Made by a program: the position numbers and the translations under genes. The notes under the pieces are model-generated. The model had not been told where the DNA came from and made no database searches. It saw only the letters and a program-made list of their open reading frames with translations. Shown piece after piece: positions 27,177-38,104 of a DNA stretch of 64,000 nucleotides (its first letter is position 1; each line of letters begins with the position of its first letter). The stretch spans positions 30,056-94,055 of the forward strand of contig CAJXEC010000001.1 of NCBI GenBank assembly GCA_913052165.1. Reading direction: 5' to 3'. The stretch comes from an uncultured Rhodospirillaceae bacterium. Lineage in GTDB: Bacteria; Pseudomonadota; Alphaproteobacteria; MPNO01; UBA2964.

Positions 27177-27800
27177 ATGTTAAAAATTTTAGGCCGAAAA
27201 ACGTCATCAAATGTCCAGAAAGTTCTCTGGGCATGCGGAGAAATGGAACTTGATTTCGAACGGGAAGATCTCGGAGGACCGTTTGGGGGTAATGATCAAG
27301 AAAAATATTTAGCTTTAAATCCAAACGGACTGGTCCCAACAATAATAGAAGAAGATGGCTTTACGTTATGGGAATCCAATTCATGCACAAGATACCTAAC
27401 AAAGAAATTTGATTTTGGCGGAATTTATCCCAGGGACCCACAGATTTTGGCCGATGCAGAGCGCTGGATGGATTGGCAGTTGACGGTCTGTAGTCCCTCA
27501 CTCGTCCCTGTATTTAGAGGGCTTATTAGAACACCATCTGAGAGGCGCGACATTACCGCTATTGAGAGAGCGCGAGATGGATTATCAAAGTCAATGGCCA
27601 TGCTGGATAACAATTTAGCAGACCGACCGTTTGTGGCAGGATCAAAATTTTCTATCGGTGATATTCCGGTTGGGATCGCTGCCTACAGATGGTTCGAAAT
27701 GCCAATAGAACGTGAAGATTATCCCAACCTAAAGCGCTGGTTTGACCTCCTTGCAGAGAGACCTGCATTCCAGGAACATATCATGCAGGGTTTGGAATAA
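27177..27800 (+). CDS. Glutathione S-transferase (GstB/YliJ-like)
   Basis: GRKTSSNVQKVLW, LNPNGLVP, LWESN, ERWMDWQ, FSIGDI. Confidence 0.9.
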   Translation: MLKILGRKTSSNVQKVLWACGEMELDFEREDLGGPFGGNDQEKYLALNPNGLVPTIIEEDGFTLWESNSCTRYLTKKFDFGGIYPRDPQILADAERWMDWQLTVCSPSLVPVFRGLIRTPSERRDITAIERARDGLSKSMAMLDNNLADRPFVAGSKFSIGDIPVGIAAYRWFEMPIEREDYPNLKRWFDLLAERPAFQEHIMQGLE

Positions 27801-27820
27801 CATTTCGCGATGGTCAGTCT

Positions 27821-28696
27821 TTACTCCTCAGAGTACCGAGCTTCGGCCGAGTAATAGTCATCAAATCCCACTACATTTCGAAGGTGTGAAAACTCAGAGA
27901 GCCCTTCAGGGGTTTTGCCGCTTGATAGAGAGATCAGTGCTTTCTCCATCGCGGAAATCGCAGAGTTCAACAAGGTCAAAGGGTATAAAACAATGCTAAA
28001 TCCCATAGCCTGAAGCATTTCTACAGAAAGAAGGGGTGTATCCCCCTGCTCCACCAAATTTGCCATCTTTGGGCCAGGCACACGCTTACAAAACGCCTCC
28101 ATTTCTGCTTCTGATTGCGGAGCTTCAAGAAATAGAATATCTGCACCAGCCTCCGCAAAAGCCTGCATACGCCACATTGCCTCATCTAAACCGTCGGTCG
28201 CACGAGCATCGGTGCGCGCCATAATCAGAATATTTGCCCCTTCCTCTCGAGCGTCGATAGCTGCCCGCACACGCAGGAGGGCTTCAGTTCGCTCAACCAC
28301 AGCCTTACCTTTGGTGTGACCGCACCTTTTTGGCGCTACCTGATCTTCGATCATGGCACATGCGAACCCTGCTTGCGCAAACCCCTCGATAGTCCGGCGC
28401 ACATTTAAGGCATTTCCATATCCTGTGTCTGCATCTCCAATGACCGGTATCTTAACCGAGTTACAAATATTACGACCCTGATCAATCATCTCACCATAAG
28501 AAATAAGCCCTGTATCAGGCATTCCTAATTTAGCTGCAGACACAGCAAACCCACTCATAAACGACATATCAAACCCCGCGCGCTCCACAAGCCGTGCAGA
28601 TAGCGCATCAAAACAGGCTGGAGCCAAATGGGCCTTCCCGTCTGAAACTAAGCTTCTTAACTTCTCAGGTGCAGATAAGCGAGACATAACATTCAT
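27821..28696 (-). CDS. Isocitrate lyase/PEP mutase superfamily lyase (2-methylisocitrate / dimethylmalate lyase-like)
   Basis: DALSARL, DADTGYG, IEDQVAPKRCGH, ARTDA. Confidence 0.88.
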   Translation of the reverse strand: MNVMSRLSAPEKLRSLVSDGKAHLAPACFDALSARLVERAGFDMSFMSGFAVSAAKLGMPDTGLISYGEMIDQGRNICNSVKIPVIGDADTGYGNALNVRRTIEGFAQAGFACAMIEDQVAPKRCGHTKGKAVVERTEALLRVRAAIDAREEGANILIMARTDARATDGLDEAMWRMQAFAEAGADILFLEAPQSEAEMEAFCKRVPGPKMANLVEQGDTPLLSVEMLQAMGFSIVLYPLTLLNSAISAMEKALISLSSGKTPEGLSEFSHLRNVVGFDDYYSAEARYSEE

Positions 28697-28878
28697 TCAG
28701 CTTTTCCATCATCAAAACTGACTTGGATCAAGCGAAAAATAAACCAAATTGAAAACGCAAAGAAAAGCAAACCTCCCCAATATCCAAAACCATGCCCTGC
28801 GACACTCGCCACAAAAAGGCCGCCGACAGCTAGGACAAGCATTATGCCACCCATAATCCAGTTACTCACATTGTTCAT
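28693..28878 (-). CDS. Small two-TM membrane protein (61 aa)
   Basis: ATG 28878 with GGAG RBS; two hydrophobic helices; stop overlaps the next start (ATGA). Confidence 0.65.
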   Translation of the reverse strand: MNNVSNWIMGGIMLVLAVGGLFVASVAGHGFGYWGGLLFFAFSIWFIFRLIQVSFDDGKAE

Positions 28879-29037
28879 TTGCACCACTCCAATGTCACAC
28901 ACCTCTATTGACGACAACAAAGTCACATACATACTCTCTGTATTTAATATCCCTAAACCGACGACCAAGCTATCCGGTCTCGTAATTTTTTCGTTACCTG
29001 GACACTCAAGTGCCTTGTTCAGATTTCTCTCATAGCT

Positions 29038-30459
29038 TTAACCAAAGGCTAATAAAAATTTTACCAATCTATTGATGCGCGTGCTGAATAATTTGGGAGC
29101 AAAAAAGGCAGCCGCTGTACGCTTATTAATTTCTCCCAACGTGGGATAAGGCAAAATTAACTCAGTTAACCTTTTAATATTCATGCCCCTCGAGATTGGC
29201 ATGGCCCAGGTTTGAATGATCTCGCTGGCATTATCGCCTACAATCCCAACTCCTAAAATTTTGCCACGCTTGGAGGTAACTACTTTTACAATACCATGAA
29301 TGTCTCGGCTCACTTGGGCGCGATCATTCTCTGAAAATGGAGTAGTAATTACCTGGGCAGTATTAAATCTGTGTTTTGCTTCATAAAAGGTCATCCCGAT
29401 TTGTGCAAGTTCTGGCCTCATAAATGTAACCCTGGGCATCGCACGATAGTTCGTTCTAACAGGTAGTCGGAAAAGGATATTCCGAATTATGACCCCAGCT
29501 TGATAAGATGCTGCGTGGGTATAGTTATGAGCCCCCACTACGTCCCCTAAAGCAAAAATATTTTTATTTGTAGTTCTTAGCCGTCGATCTACTAAGACGC
29601 CTCCCGATCCAAATTCAATACCGGCCTTTTCTAATTCTAATCCAGAGACAGTAGGGTTTCTGCCAGTTGCAACCAGTAAATGCGAACCCTTAACTTCAAT
29701 ATTTTCACCAGAGATGTTTACGCGTATTTCAATTTCCTCGGCAACGCCTGACACAGTTTGAACGGTCGCACCTTCTATAATCTTTACACCTTCCGCTAAT
29801 ATTTTTTCCCGGACCAATGCTGTAAGCTCGGTGTCCTCTTTTCCTAAAATTCGTGAGGCCTCAAGCACTGTCACATCTGCGCCCAACCTCTTAAAAGCTT
29901 GAGCCATTTCAAGGCCAATGGGCCCGCCGCCAATCACCATGAGGTGCTTTATTGGCTTATCATTTTCGAAAATAGTCTGGTTAGTGAAAAATGGTGTTTT
30001 ATTAAGACCAGGAATTGAAGGTATACTTGGTTGTGACCCGGTCGCTAATACAAATTTCTTTGCCTTAACTCTAAAATCTCCTGCTCGCAGCGTGTTAGGA
30101 TCCAAAAAAGCCCCTGAGTCCCTAATGACGTGGACACCCATATTTTCAAAACGCTCTTGAGAATCATGGTAGGCGATTCGATCGATAGCTGTCTTTACAT
30201 GACCCCGCACTTTCGCCCAATCCACGACTGGCTCCACGTCTTGAATACCAAATCGGGATAAGTGACGGGCCTTGTGCGCGGCGTCGGCGGCAGAAATAAG
30301 AGCCTTAGATGGCACGCAACCATGGTTCAAACAATCACCACCCATTAGACCCGCCTCAACCAATACAACTTTGGCCCCCATTTGAGCAGCGACTGCTGCT
30401 ACGGAGAGGCCGCCAGCCCCGGCCCCGATGATACAAATATCTGTTTGAACTGTTTCCAT
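29038..30459 (-). CDS. Pyridine nucleotide-disulfide oxidoreductase (LpdA/MerA-like)
   Basis: IIGAGAGG, GGDCLNHGCVPSK redox disulfide, IGGGPIG, YPTLGE; no C-terminal Cys pair. Confidence 0.9.
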   Translation of the reverse strand: METVQTDICIIGAGAGGLSVAAVAAQMGAKVVLVEAGLMGGDCLNHGCVPSKALISAADAAHKARHLSRFGIQDVEPVVDWAKVRGHVKTAIDRIAYHDSQERFENMGVHVIRDSGAFLDPNTLRAGDFRVKAKKFVLATGSQPSIPSIPGLNKTPFFTNQTIFENDKPIKHLMVIGGGPIGLEMAQAFKRLGADVTVLEASRILGKEDTELTALVREKILAEGVKIIEGATVQTVSGVAEEIEIRVNISGENIEVKGSHLLVATGRNPTVSGLELEKAGIEFGSGGVLVDRRLRTTNKNIFALGDVVGAHNYTHAASYQAGVIIRNILFRLPVRTNYRAMPRVTFMRPELAQIGMTFYEAKHRFNTAQVITTPFSENDRAQVSRDIHGIVKVVTSKRGKILGVGIVGDNASEIIQTWAMPISRGMNIKRLTELILPYPTLGEINKRTAAAFFAPKLFSTRINRLVKFLLAFG

Positions 30460-30486
30460 CAAATCAATATTTCACAAAACTTGGGA

Positions 30487-31218
30487 TCAATCCCTTGTAA
30501 CTTCAAGATTTTTTCGGCGCCAGATAATAGGAACGAGAGCCAACACACCCAATCCGATTAGTGGGAATAAAAAACGGGGGGCAAGGATAATATCAAGGTC
30601 AACATTTGCATCGATCTCTATTATAGCACCCAAACCATCACCAACGAATGCATATATTAAAGTCCCGGGCATAATACCAAAGAAGGTGCCGATAAGATAA
30701 GTGGAGAGTTTTACGCCTAAAAATGCGGGAGCTAAATTGACCAAAAAAAATGGAAAAATTGGAACCAATCTTAAGAAAAAAAGATAACTTAGAGCGTTCA
30801 CCTTAAACCCCTCACGCATTTTAAAGATCGCAGAACCCGCACGCGGACGAAACCAATCTAAGAGAGCATGGCGAGCAGCGAGAAAAATAACATTCGCACC
30901 CAGAGTAGCACCAATAACCGCAAGCAACGTACCCGCCATCGGACCAAACAAAAAGCCACCAACAATAGTCATCATTGCTCCTCCAGGAAGAGAGAATGAG
31001 ACCAGGGCGCAATAACTGATAACGTAAACAACCGCTGAGAATAAACGATTATTATTTACTTGTTCTAACAACTGAAGATGGTGCGCCTTTATGACTGGAA
31101 ACGAAAAGTAAGACGTTAGATCGTAGAGAAAACAAAGGCTCAAACCTAACAGCAGTAAGAGTAGGGGACCATACCTGCTTATATTCCTAAACAATTTGCT
31201 ATCTGAAACGAATTTCAA
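30487..31218 (-). CDS. TVP38/TMEM64 (DedA superfamily) membrane protein
   Basis: SLPGGAMMTIVGGFLFG, GATLGA, LRLVPIFPFFLVN, TFFGIMPG; TTG start. Confidence 0.9.
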   Translation of the reverse strand: MKFVSDSKLFRNISRYGPLLLLLLGLSLCFLYDLTSYFSFPVIKAHHLQLLEQVNNNRLFSAVVYVISYCALVSFSLPGGAMMTIVGGFLFGPMAGTLLAVIGATLGANVIFLAARHALLDWFRPRAGSAIFKMREGFKVNALSYLFFLRLVPIFPFFLVNLAPAFLGVKLSTYLIGTFFGIMPGTLIYAFVGDGLGAIIEIDANVDLDIILAPRFLFPLIGLGVLALVPIIWRRKNLEVTRD

Positions 31219-31365
31219 ATCGATCTCATTTTTTTCATAACGCTAGGTACGCCGTCTTTGGGGTACTATATAACACCTAATATGTTCTCTCCGAATAAAC
31301 AAAAAATTCACTTTCATTAATCAACTAGATCCGTCTCAATATTTAGTTAAATACATTGTGTTATA

Positions 31366-31394
31366 TTGACTTATCTTAGTTGTGTCCTTATACC
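31366..31394 (+). promoter_or_regulatory. Candidate sigma70 promoter of the rpmH operon
   Basis: TTGACT-17 bp-TATACC with an AT-rich upstream region, 36 nt before rpmH. Confidence 0.55.
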
Positions 31395-31430
31395 GCTCGT
31401 GCTTGCAACTTCGCTATTCGGAGATTTATC

Positions 31431-31565
31431 TTGAAACGCACATATCAACCAAGCGTGTTGGTACGCAAAAGACGCCATGGGTTTCGCGCGAGGAAGGCCA
31501 CCGTTGGCGGCCGGCGTGTTCTCGCGCATCGTCGCGCCCGGGGCCGCAAACGACTCTCAGCGTAG
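31431..31565 (+). CDS. rpmH: 50S ribosomal protein L34
   Basis: [21 protein letters not shown]...GRKRLSA (44 aa, TTG start, GGAG RBS). Confidence 0.97.
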   Translation: MKRTYQPSVLVRKRRHGFRARKATVGGRRVLAHRRARGRKRLSA

Positions 31566-31567
31566 TT

Positions 31568-31960
31568 ATGGGTCTCACGCTGCAGCATTTGCGGCAGCGA
31601 CGTGAATTTGTCAATGTCGCAAAAAAGGGCCGCAAATACGCCGCCCCGGGGCTGGTGCTTCAGGCACTGAACCGGCTAGATGATAAATGCAGCAATGATG
31701 TGCTTGCCGCAAGCTCCGCAGTAAGGATAGGCTTTACCGTAACCCGCAAGGTGGGTAACGCCGTTGTGCGGAATAGAGTGAAACGCCGCCTTCGCGCTGC
31801 CGCCTCACAGATCCCCCCGATACATTTTAAAGGGAATTTTGACCTTGTTTTAATAGGAAGGGCCGAAACCAAGAAGCGCAGTTTCGAAGAACTCAAGCAA
31901 GATTTATTGAAGGCCCTGAACCACGTTGAGGCCTATCGCGCTGCTGAGACTGGATCATGA
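31568..31960 (+). CDS. rnpA: Ribonuclease P protein component
   Basis: [24 protein letters not shown]; follows rpmH. Confidence 0.96.
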   Translation: MGLTLQHLRQRREFVNVAKKGRKYAAPGLVLQALNRLDDKCSNDVLAASSAVRIGFTVTRKVGNAVVRNRVKRRLRAAASQIPPIHFKGNFDLVLIGRAETKKRSFEELKQDLLKALNHVEAYRAAETGS

Positions 31961-32223
31961 CCTGCAAAATTCTGATATTTCTTTTCGTAATTCCGATAAT
32001 TTTTTTAATCAGGCTATATCAGTGGGCAATATCCCCGTTTCTTCCTGTGAGCTGCAGATTTCTGCCGAGCTGTTCATGCTATGCCCTAGAAGCTTTTCAC
32101 AAACATGGACCTATCTTAGGCCTGTTTCTTTCTATAAAACGGCTTTGTAAGTGCCACCCTTGGGGGGGATCGGGACATGATCCAGTTCCAGACTACTTGT
32201 CAAAAACCCGAGGCTCTAAATAA
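31957..32223 (+). CDS. yidD: Membrane protein insertion efficiency factor
   Basis: [28 protein letters not shown]. Confidence 0.95.
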   Translation: MTCKILIFLFVIPIIFLIRLYQWAISPFLPVSCRFLPSCSCYALEAFHKHGPILGLFLSIKRLCKCHPWGGSGHDPVPDYLSKTRGSK

Positions 32224-32238
32224 TAAGTCGAGAAACAA

Positions 32239-34059
32239 ATGGAACAACGCAACCTAATAATTGCTGCAGTGCTCTCAATTGGAATTCTTCTCGTCTGGCA
32301 ATTTCTATATGAAATGCCGCGTATGGAGCGCCAACGCGCTGAACAGGCTCGTCAAGCCACTTTACAGAAAGAAAAGCAAGCAAATACTATGGGCCAAGGC
32401 GTATCGGTTAAAACACCCTCCTCCCAAAATCAGGAGAGTATTCCCACCCCCGGAGCCAGCATCGCCCCGATTCCACAGAATGAAGGCATCCCTTTGCCGG
32501 GTGTCGGGGGATCAGCGAAAGGAGCGCCTGCAGTTACGGCACTCAGGAATGCTGCAATGTCATCCAGCAAACGGCTTAGAATAGAAGCCCCGAGACTGAG
32601 AGGATCGATCGCTCTGACAGGAGGCCGGTTAGATGACTTAACACTTGTTGGCTATCGAGAGACTGTGAAACCCGAAAGCCAAGAAATCACGCTGCTTTCG
32701 CCAGTTGGAGCCCCTAAACCATACTATGCACAGCTAGGTTGGACCGCTCTGGATCGAACTATACCCCTGCCTGTAGACACCAGCGTCTGGCAAACAAATC
32801 GCCAGACCTTATCACCTGGAAATCCTGTGACTTTAACTTGGGATAACGGCAAAGGATTATTATTCAAACGTCAAATAAGCGTTGATAAAGATTATCTCTT
32901 TAATATCACTCAAACGGTAGTTAATCGCACCAACACGCCAGTCACGCTTTATCCCTACGGCCTGGTCTCACGGACAGATACTCCAGAAACACTTGGTTTT
33001 TTTATTCTTCATGAAGGCCTAATTGGTGTCTTCAACAGTCAGCTCGAGGAGCTCGACTATGATGATCTCGAAGAAGCAAAGACCCAAACCCATGACTCCA
33101 CTGGTGGCTGGCTCGGAATTACTGACAAGTATTGGCTTATGGCGCTGATCCCTAATCAAAATGAAAAGTTTACCGGCGCCTTTCGACACAACCTGACGGG
33201 GAACAGGCATAAATACCAGGCGGACTTTGTAGGCCAGGGTAAAATTATTCCGGCGAATGGTTCAGCAAGCATTTCAAACAAACTTTTTGCTGGCGCGAAA
33301 GAAGTCCGGCTCCTCGACGGCTATGGAGAGAAACACGGGATTGTTAGATTTGATCTTGCCGTCGACTTTGGCTGGTTTTATTTCCTTACCAAGCCAATTT
33401 TTTATGTTTTAGACTATTTCTATCGTCTCTTGGGAAACTTCGGCCTAGGCATCCTCCTTCTAACCGTCCTAATTAAAGTAGTATTCTTCCCACTTGCCAA
33501 TAAATCGTACCGGGCAATGAGCAGAATGAAGCAGCTTCAACCAAAGATGATGAAGCTCAGAGAACGTTACCCAAATGATAAACAGAAGATGAATGAGGCG
33601 ATGATGCGGCTCTACCGGGATGAGAAAGTAAATCCCGCGGCCGGCTGTCTCCCTATAATGGTCCAAATCCCGGTCTTCTTTGCGCTCTACAAAGTGCTTT
33701 TTGTTACAATTGAGATGCGGCACGCACCTTTTTACGGTTGGATCCAAGATTTATCAGCAGCAGATCCAACGTCAATTTTTAACTTATTCGGTTTAATCCC
33801 ATGGACGCCCCCTGATATTCTGTTGATCGGGATCTGGCCGATCATAATGGGAGCGACTATGTGGCTTCAACAGAAACTTAACCCAGCGCCTGCTGACCCA
33901 ATACAACAAAAAATATTCATGTTTCTGCCGATAATATTTACGGTTATGCTGGCAAGCTTTCCAGCCGGGTTGGTGATCTATTGGGCCTGGAACAACATTT
34001 TATCTATAGCTCAACAATGGGTGATCATGCGTCGAATGGGTGTAAAGATAGGCGGCTGA
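32239..34059 (+). CDS. yidC: Membrane protein insertase
   Basis: GWLGITDKYW, DFGWFYFLTKP, NPAAGCLP, YWAWNN. Confidence 0.97.
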   Translation: MEQRNLIIAAVLSIGILLVWQFLYEMPRMERQRAEQARQATLQKEKQANTMGQGVSVKTPSSQNQESIPTPGASIAPIPQNEGIPLPGVGGSAKGAPAVTALRNAAMSSSKRLRIEAPRLRGSIALTGGRLDDLTLVGYRETVKPESQEITLLSPVGAPKPYYAQLGWTALDRTIPLPVDTSVWQTNRQTLSPGNPVTLTWDNGKGLLFKRQISVDKDYLFNITQTVVNRTNTPVTLYPYGLVSRTDTPETLGFFILHEGLIGVFNSQLEELDYDDLEEAKTQTHDSTGGWLGITDKYWLMALIPNQNEKFTGAFRHNLTGNRHKYQADFVGQGKIIPANGSASISNKLFAGAKEVRLLDGYGEKHGIVRFDLAVDFGWFYFLTKPIFYVLDYFYRLLGNFGLGILLLTVLIKVVFFPLANKSYRAMSRMKQLQPKMMKLRERYPNDKQKMNEAMMRLYRDEKVNPAAGCLPIMVQIPVFFALYKVLFVTIEMRHAPFYGWIQDLSAADPTSIFNLFGLIPWTPPDILLIGIWPIIMGATMWLQQKLNPAPADPIQQKIFMFLPIIFTVMLASFPAGLVIYWAWNNILSIAQQWVIMRRMGVKIGG

Positions 34060-34075
34060 TACAAGAGTTTAGAGA

Positions 34076-34723
34076 ATGCCTAATATAGTGCATCGAGATA
34101 GTGACCTGATTGAGGCAAGCAGGTTGTTATTTGAACGAGAATGCTTTTTTGTCGCAGGTGCAACAAATGAAGCCGCTCTTCCCTCTATTCAATTACCCGA
34201 GGTAGCCTTTGCCGGGAGGTCTAATGTTGGGAAATCTAGTCTCATCAACTGTTTAACTCGCCAGACCAACCTGGCCCGTACCTCTCAGACACCGGGGCGA
34301 ACCCAACAGATAAATTTTTTCGAGATAAAAAGTCGATTAATGCTAGTCGATCTCCCAGGCTATGGTTACGCGCGCGCTTCAAAAAATAAAGTTAAAGACT
34401 GGACATCACTGATTCACACCTATCTAAGGGGGCGTCCAAACCTCAGACGCGTTTGCATGCTCATAGACTCTCGCCATGGACTTAAACCAAACGATAGAGC
34501 GTTGATGTCAGAGCTGGATGATGCCGCCGTTGTGTACCAACTTATACTAACTAAGATCGATAAGAGTAACGAAATTAAAAGAGGTCTTATTTTAAAGGAA
34601 ATAAAAGATGTTTTTTCGAACCATCCGGCGGCACACACGGAAATATATCAAACAAGTGCTCTAGAAGGGTCTGGGATTGAGGATTTAAGAGCCTCCCTCT
34701 GGTCGCTGGCTGAGCCCATATAA
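34076..34723 (+). CDS. engB: Ribosome biogenesis GTPase YihA/YsxC
   Basis: [24 protein letters not shown]. Confidence 0.95.
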   Translation: MPNIVHRDSDLIEASRLLFERECFFVAGATNEAALPSIQLPEVAFAGRSNVGKSSLINCLTRQTNLARTSQTPGRTQQINFFEIKSRLMLVDLPGYGYARASKNKVKDWTSLIHTYLRGRPNLRRVCMLIDSRHGLKPNDRALMSELDDAAVVYQLILTKIDKSNEIKRGLILKEIKDVFSNHPAAHTEIYQTSALEGSGIEDLRASLWSLAEPI

Positions 34724-34742
34724 TTCGGTTAACGTTAGATCC

Positions 34743-35690
34743 ATGAAAGAAAATTTATCAGAAAAAAAGCGGCCATGGAGCAAATCTGCGCCTGGCAATT
34801 GGTTTACCAAGGCGGAAACACTATCGGAAGCGCTTCCATATTTGCGCGAGTATGCGGGTAAAACCTTTGTTATCAAATATGGTGGCCACGCAATGGGCGA
34901 TGAGAAACTCGCGAGGTTATTCGCGACAGACGTGGTTTTGATGAAGCATGTCGGCATAAACCCGGTGATCGTGCATGGGGGCGGACCACAAATTGAAGAA
35001 ATGCTTGAAAGACTCCAAATTAAAAGCTCTTTTGTGGATGGACTGAGGGTTACCGATAGGGAAACGGTGGACATAGTCGAAATGGTTCTAGCGGGCAGTA
35101 TTAATAAAAAAATTGTATCTGCGATTAATAAAGCCGGGGGCACAGCGATTGGTTTGTCTGGAAAAGATGGACGCCTAATAGAAGCGAAGCAATTGAGAAG
35201 AAAAATTCTTGACCCAGAGTCAAATATTGAAAAAGTTATTGACCTTGGGCTAGTGGGTGAGCCAACTCAGGTCAATGCCAGTGTTCTTTATTCGCTAACT
35301 GACTCTAACTTGATACCGGTTATAGCGCCAATCGGTATTGGAAAAGATGGAGCTACTTTTAATATTAATGCAGACACAGCGGCAGGAGCAGTTGCTGCAG
35401 CTCTGAATGCCGAAAGACTGCTAATGTTGACAGATGTCGCAGGAGTTTTAGACAAAAATGGGCAACTGATACCCGAGATGAGTAAACCTCAGGTCTCCGC
35501 AAAAAAAAGAGATGGTACCATCCAGGGTGGCATGATTCCTAAAATCGATACATGCCTTGCTGCTGTCTCTGAGGGAGTTAAGGCAGCAGTTGTTTTAGAT
35601 GGTCGTGTCCCTCACGCCCTAATTTTAGAGACCTTTACCGAACACGGTGTAGGCACCCTTATCCGGGGATCCTTAGGGAAAACGGTATAG
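34743..35690 (+). CDS. argB: Acetylglutamate kinase
   Basis: [35 protein letters not shown]. Confidence 0.96.
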   Translation: MKENLSEKKRPWSKSAPGNWFTKAETLSEALPYLREYAGKTFVIKYGGHAMGDEKLARLFATDVVLMKHVGINPVIVHGGGPQIEEMLERLQIKSSFVDGLRVTDRETVDIVEMVLAGSINKKIVSAINKAGGTAIGLSGKDGRLIEAKQLRRKILDPESNIEKVIDLGLVGEPTQVNASVLYSLTDSNLIPVIAPIGIGKDGATFNINADTAAGAVAAALNAERLLMLTDVAGVLDKNGQLIPEMSKPQVSAKKRDGTIQGGMIPKIDTCLAAVSEGVKAAVVLDGRVPHALILETFTEHGVGTLIRGSLGKTV

Positions 35691-35700
35691 TAATTTACTG

Positions 35701-36405
35701 ATGGCCTATCCTAGCTCTGGTAAAATCACAACAAAGTATAAAGGTGTTCTTTTTGACCTTGATGGCACACTTGTGGACACACTACCTGATATTCTCGCTG
35801 CTCTAAACCAGGTGATGGTTGGAGAGGGATTACGCGTAGTACATGAGGAAGAAGGCAAAGCGTTTATCGGGGGTGGGGCTTACAACCTTATAGAACAGGC
35901 GTTTTCAGCGATCGGAGTAGATCAAGATAATCAGAGGATTGAGAACGCCTTTCAACAATTCCTAATAAGTTACGAGAAGGATCCGACTAGCCGATCAAAA
36001 TTTTATCCGGGCGTGAAAGATTTTCTAGGGACCCTTCAGCTAAGCGGAATAAAAATGGGCGTCTGCACCAACAAACCAATCGGTCTCACAAGAAAGATAG
36101 TATCCGAAATGGCGATAGAGCATTATTTTGGCAATGCAATTCTCGGCGGAGACTCTTTGAATATTCGTAAACCTAACCCTGAACATGTTATTAGGGTTAT
36201 TAATTTGATGGGGATGCAAACAAATAACGTGATTATGGTCGGGGATAGCGAAACTGATGTCAAGGCAGCTCGGGGTGCGGGTATCCCCATTGTTGTTGTG
36301 GATTATGGTTACACTTCGACTCCACCCGACCTTCTCGGGGGAGATGCCTTAATTTCCTCATTTCATGAATTGCCTGATGCAATACGCATTTTAGAAACCC
36401 AGTAA
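35701..36405 (+). CDS. gph: Phosphoglycolate phosphatase (HAD)
   Basis: FDLDGTLVDT, CTNK, KPNP, MVGDSETD, YGY. Confidence 0.8.
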   Translation: MAYPSSGKITTKYKGVLFDLDGTLVDTLPDILAALNQVMVGEGLRVVHEEEGKAFIGGGAYNLIEQAFSAIGVDQDNQRIENAFQQFLISYEKDPTSRSKFYPGVKDFLGTLQLSGIKMGVCTNKPIGLTRKIVSEMAIEHYFGNAILGGDSLNIRKPNPEHVIRVINLMGMQTNNVIMVGDSETDVKAARGAGIPIVVVDYGYTSTPPDLLGGDALISSFHELPDAIRILETQ

Positions 36406-36460
36406 CAAAGACCAGATATTTTACTAATAATGCTAACGACAAAATTTTTGGAGTTTTAAT

Positions 36461-37165
36461 GTGAGCGCAAATTCAAGGCACCAAAGAAAAAAAACTCCTT
36501 CAAAAATTAACATGTTAGATCAAGTCAACTGTTGGATATTTGACTTAGACAACACGCTTTACCCCATTACAAAGGATCTGCTCTCTGAAATTGATGCACA
36601 AATGTCGCGCTTTGTGTCAAACTTTCTTGATATCGATCCCCATGAGTCGCAGAAGGTTCAAAAGAAATATTTTCGTGAATACGGCCTCACTCTGAGAGGT
36701 TTAATGATCCATCATAAGTTAGATCCCGATGTCTTTTTCAAAGAAACGGCACCAAAAAATTTAGAAAAAATTCAGCCAAACCCCGCTTTAGGTGAAATAA
36801 TAAATACGCTTCCTGGGCGCAAATTAATCTATACAAACTCCGCTCGTGAGCATGCCGAACTCGTCCTGGAACGCCTCGGGATCCGATCAGTGTTCGAGGG
36901 TGTTTTTGACATTAAAGCAGCAAATTATGTTCCAAAGCCAGCCGAAAAACCTTATCGAAAGATGTGCGAGCAATTTTTTATTGAGCCGCATACAGCGCTA
37001 ATGGTAGACGACATTGCTCGGAACCTCAGACCTGCATCGGCACTCGGTATGACTACTGTTTGGATGCAAACCACTGCAGAGTGGGCAGAAACGTCCGACG
37101 TAGAGGATTTTATTGATATCACGATAAATGATATCAGCACGTGGCTTAGCAACATACAGAGTTGA
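36461..37165 (+). CDS. Pyrimidine 5'-nucleotidase (HAD)
   Basis: WIFDLDNTLY, YGLTLRGL, YTN, KP, DDIARNL. Start may be ATG 36512. Confidence 0.85.
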   Translation: MSANSRHQRKKTPSKINMLDQVNCWIFDLDNTLYPITKDLLSEIDAQMSRFVSNFLDIDPHESQKVQKKYFREYGLTLRGLMIHHKLDPDVFFKETAPKNLEKIQPNPALGEIINTLPGRKLIYTNSAREHAELVLERLGIRSVFEGVFDIKAANYVPKPAEKPYRKMCEQFFIEPHTALMVDDIARNLRPASALGMTTVWMQTTAEWAETSDVEDFIDITINDISTWLSNIQS

Positions 37166-37243
37166 CACACCCATTTAGAAATTTATTGTCCCTGCGAGCA
37201 AAATCGTGCGAATTTTGCTTCGATCAAAAGCAATGAGAAAATA

Positions 37244-38104
37244 ATGACTACCTCCGAATTAGAAAAACAACTCGATGAAGCCTGGGAGACGCGAGATAAT
37301 GTTGGTCCGGAAACCAAAGGGCCCGTACGAGACGCTGTAGAGAGAGCATTGGATGGTTTGGACTCAGGCGTTTTCCGTGTTGCCGAAAAAGATAGTGGCG
37401 GGCATTGGACTGTGAATCAGTGGCTAAAAAAGGCCGTATTGCTCTCTTTTAGGCTTTATGAAAACACACCTATGCCCGGAGGGCCGACAGATCCCATTCG
37501 GGGACCAACTGCCTGGTATGACAAGGTAGCGCCTAAATTTTCAGGTTGGGATAACCAAACATTCCAAGAAGCAGGTTTCAGGGCTGTTCCCAATTGTACC
37601 GTGAGGAGAGGCTCTTTTATAGCACCTGGCGTTGTATTGATGCCCAGTTTTGTAAACATAGGTGCCTACGTGGACAGTGGCACGATGGTCGATACGTGGG
37701 CAACAATTGGCTCCTGTGCACAGATAGGAAAAAACTGCCACATATCCGGGGGAGTTGGGATCGGGGGTGTTCTGGAACCATTGCAAGCAGATCCAGTTAT
37801 TATTGGTGATAACTGCTTTGTGGGCGCGCGGTCCGAGGTTGCCGAAGGAGTTATTTTGGAGGATGGTGCCGTTCTTTCGATGGGGGTGTTTCTTGGAGCT
37901 TCGACTAAAATAGTTGACCGGCAAACTGGGGAAACTTATACCGGTCGCGTTCCATCAAATGCGGTCGTGGTTCCTGGAACTCTGCCAGGCAAACCACTAA
38001 CAGATGGATCTGCAGGCCCATCCCTTTATTGCGCGGTTATTGTAAAGCGGGTCGATGATAGAACCCGGGCACGGACGTCAATAAATGATTTGTTACGCGA
38101 TTGA
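37244..38104 (+). CDS. dapD: Tetrahydrodipicolinate N-succinyltransferase
   Basis: [42 protein letters not shown]. Confidence 0.97.
   Translation: MTTSELEKQLDEAWETRDNVGPETKGPVRDAVERALDGLDSGVFRVAEKDSGGHWTVNQWLKKAVLLSFRLYENTPMPGGPTDPIRGPTAWYDKVAPKFSGWDNQTFQEAGFRAVPNCTVRRGSFIAPGVVLMPSFVNIGAYVDSGTMVDTWATIGSCAQIGKNCHISGGVGIGGVLEPLQADPVIIGDNCFVGARSEVAEGVILEDGAVLSMGVFLGASTKIVDRQTGETYTGRVPSNAVVVPGTLPGKPLTDGSAGPSLYCAVIVKRVDDRTRARTSINDLLRD

Noticed and set aside
29038..30459. Mercury resistance (merA)
   Set aside because: No C-terminal Cys pair, no NmerA domain and no merR/T/P genes.
31219..31430. Replication origin next to rpmH-rnpA-yidC
   Set aside because: AT-rich, but no TTATCCACA-type DnaA boxes seen and no dnaA; explained by divergent promoters.
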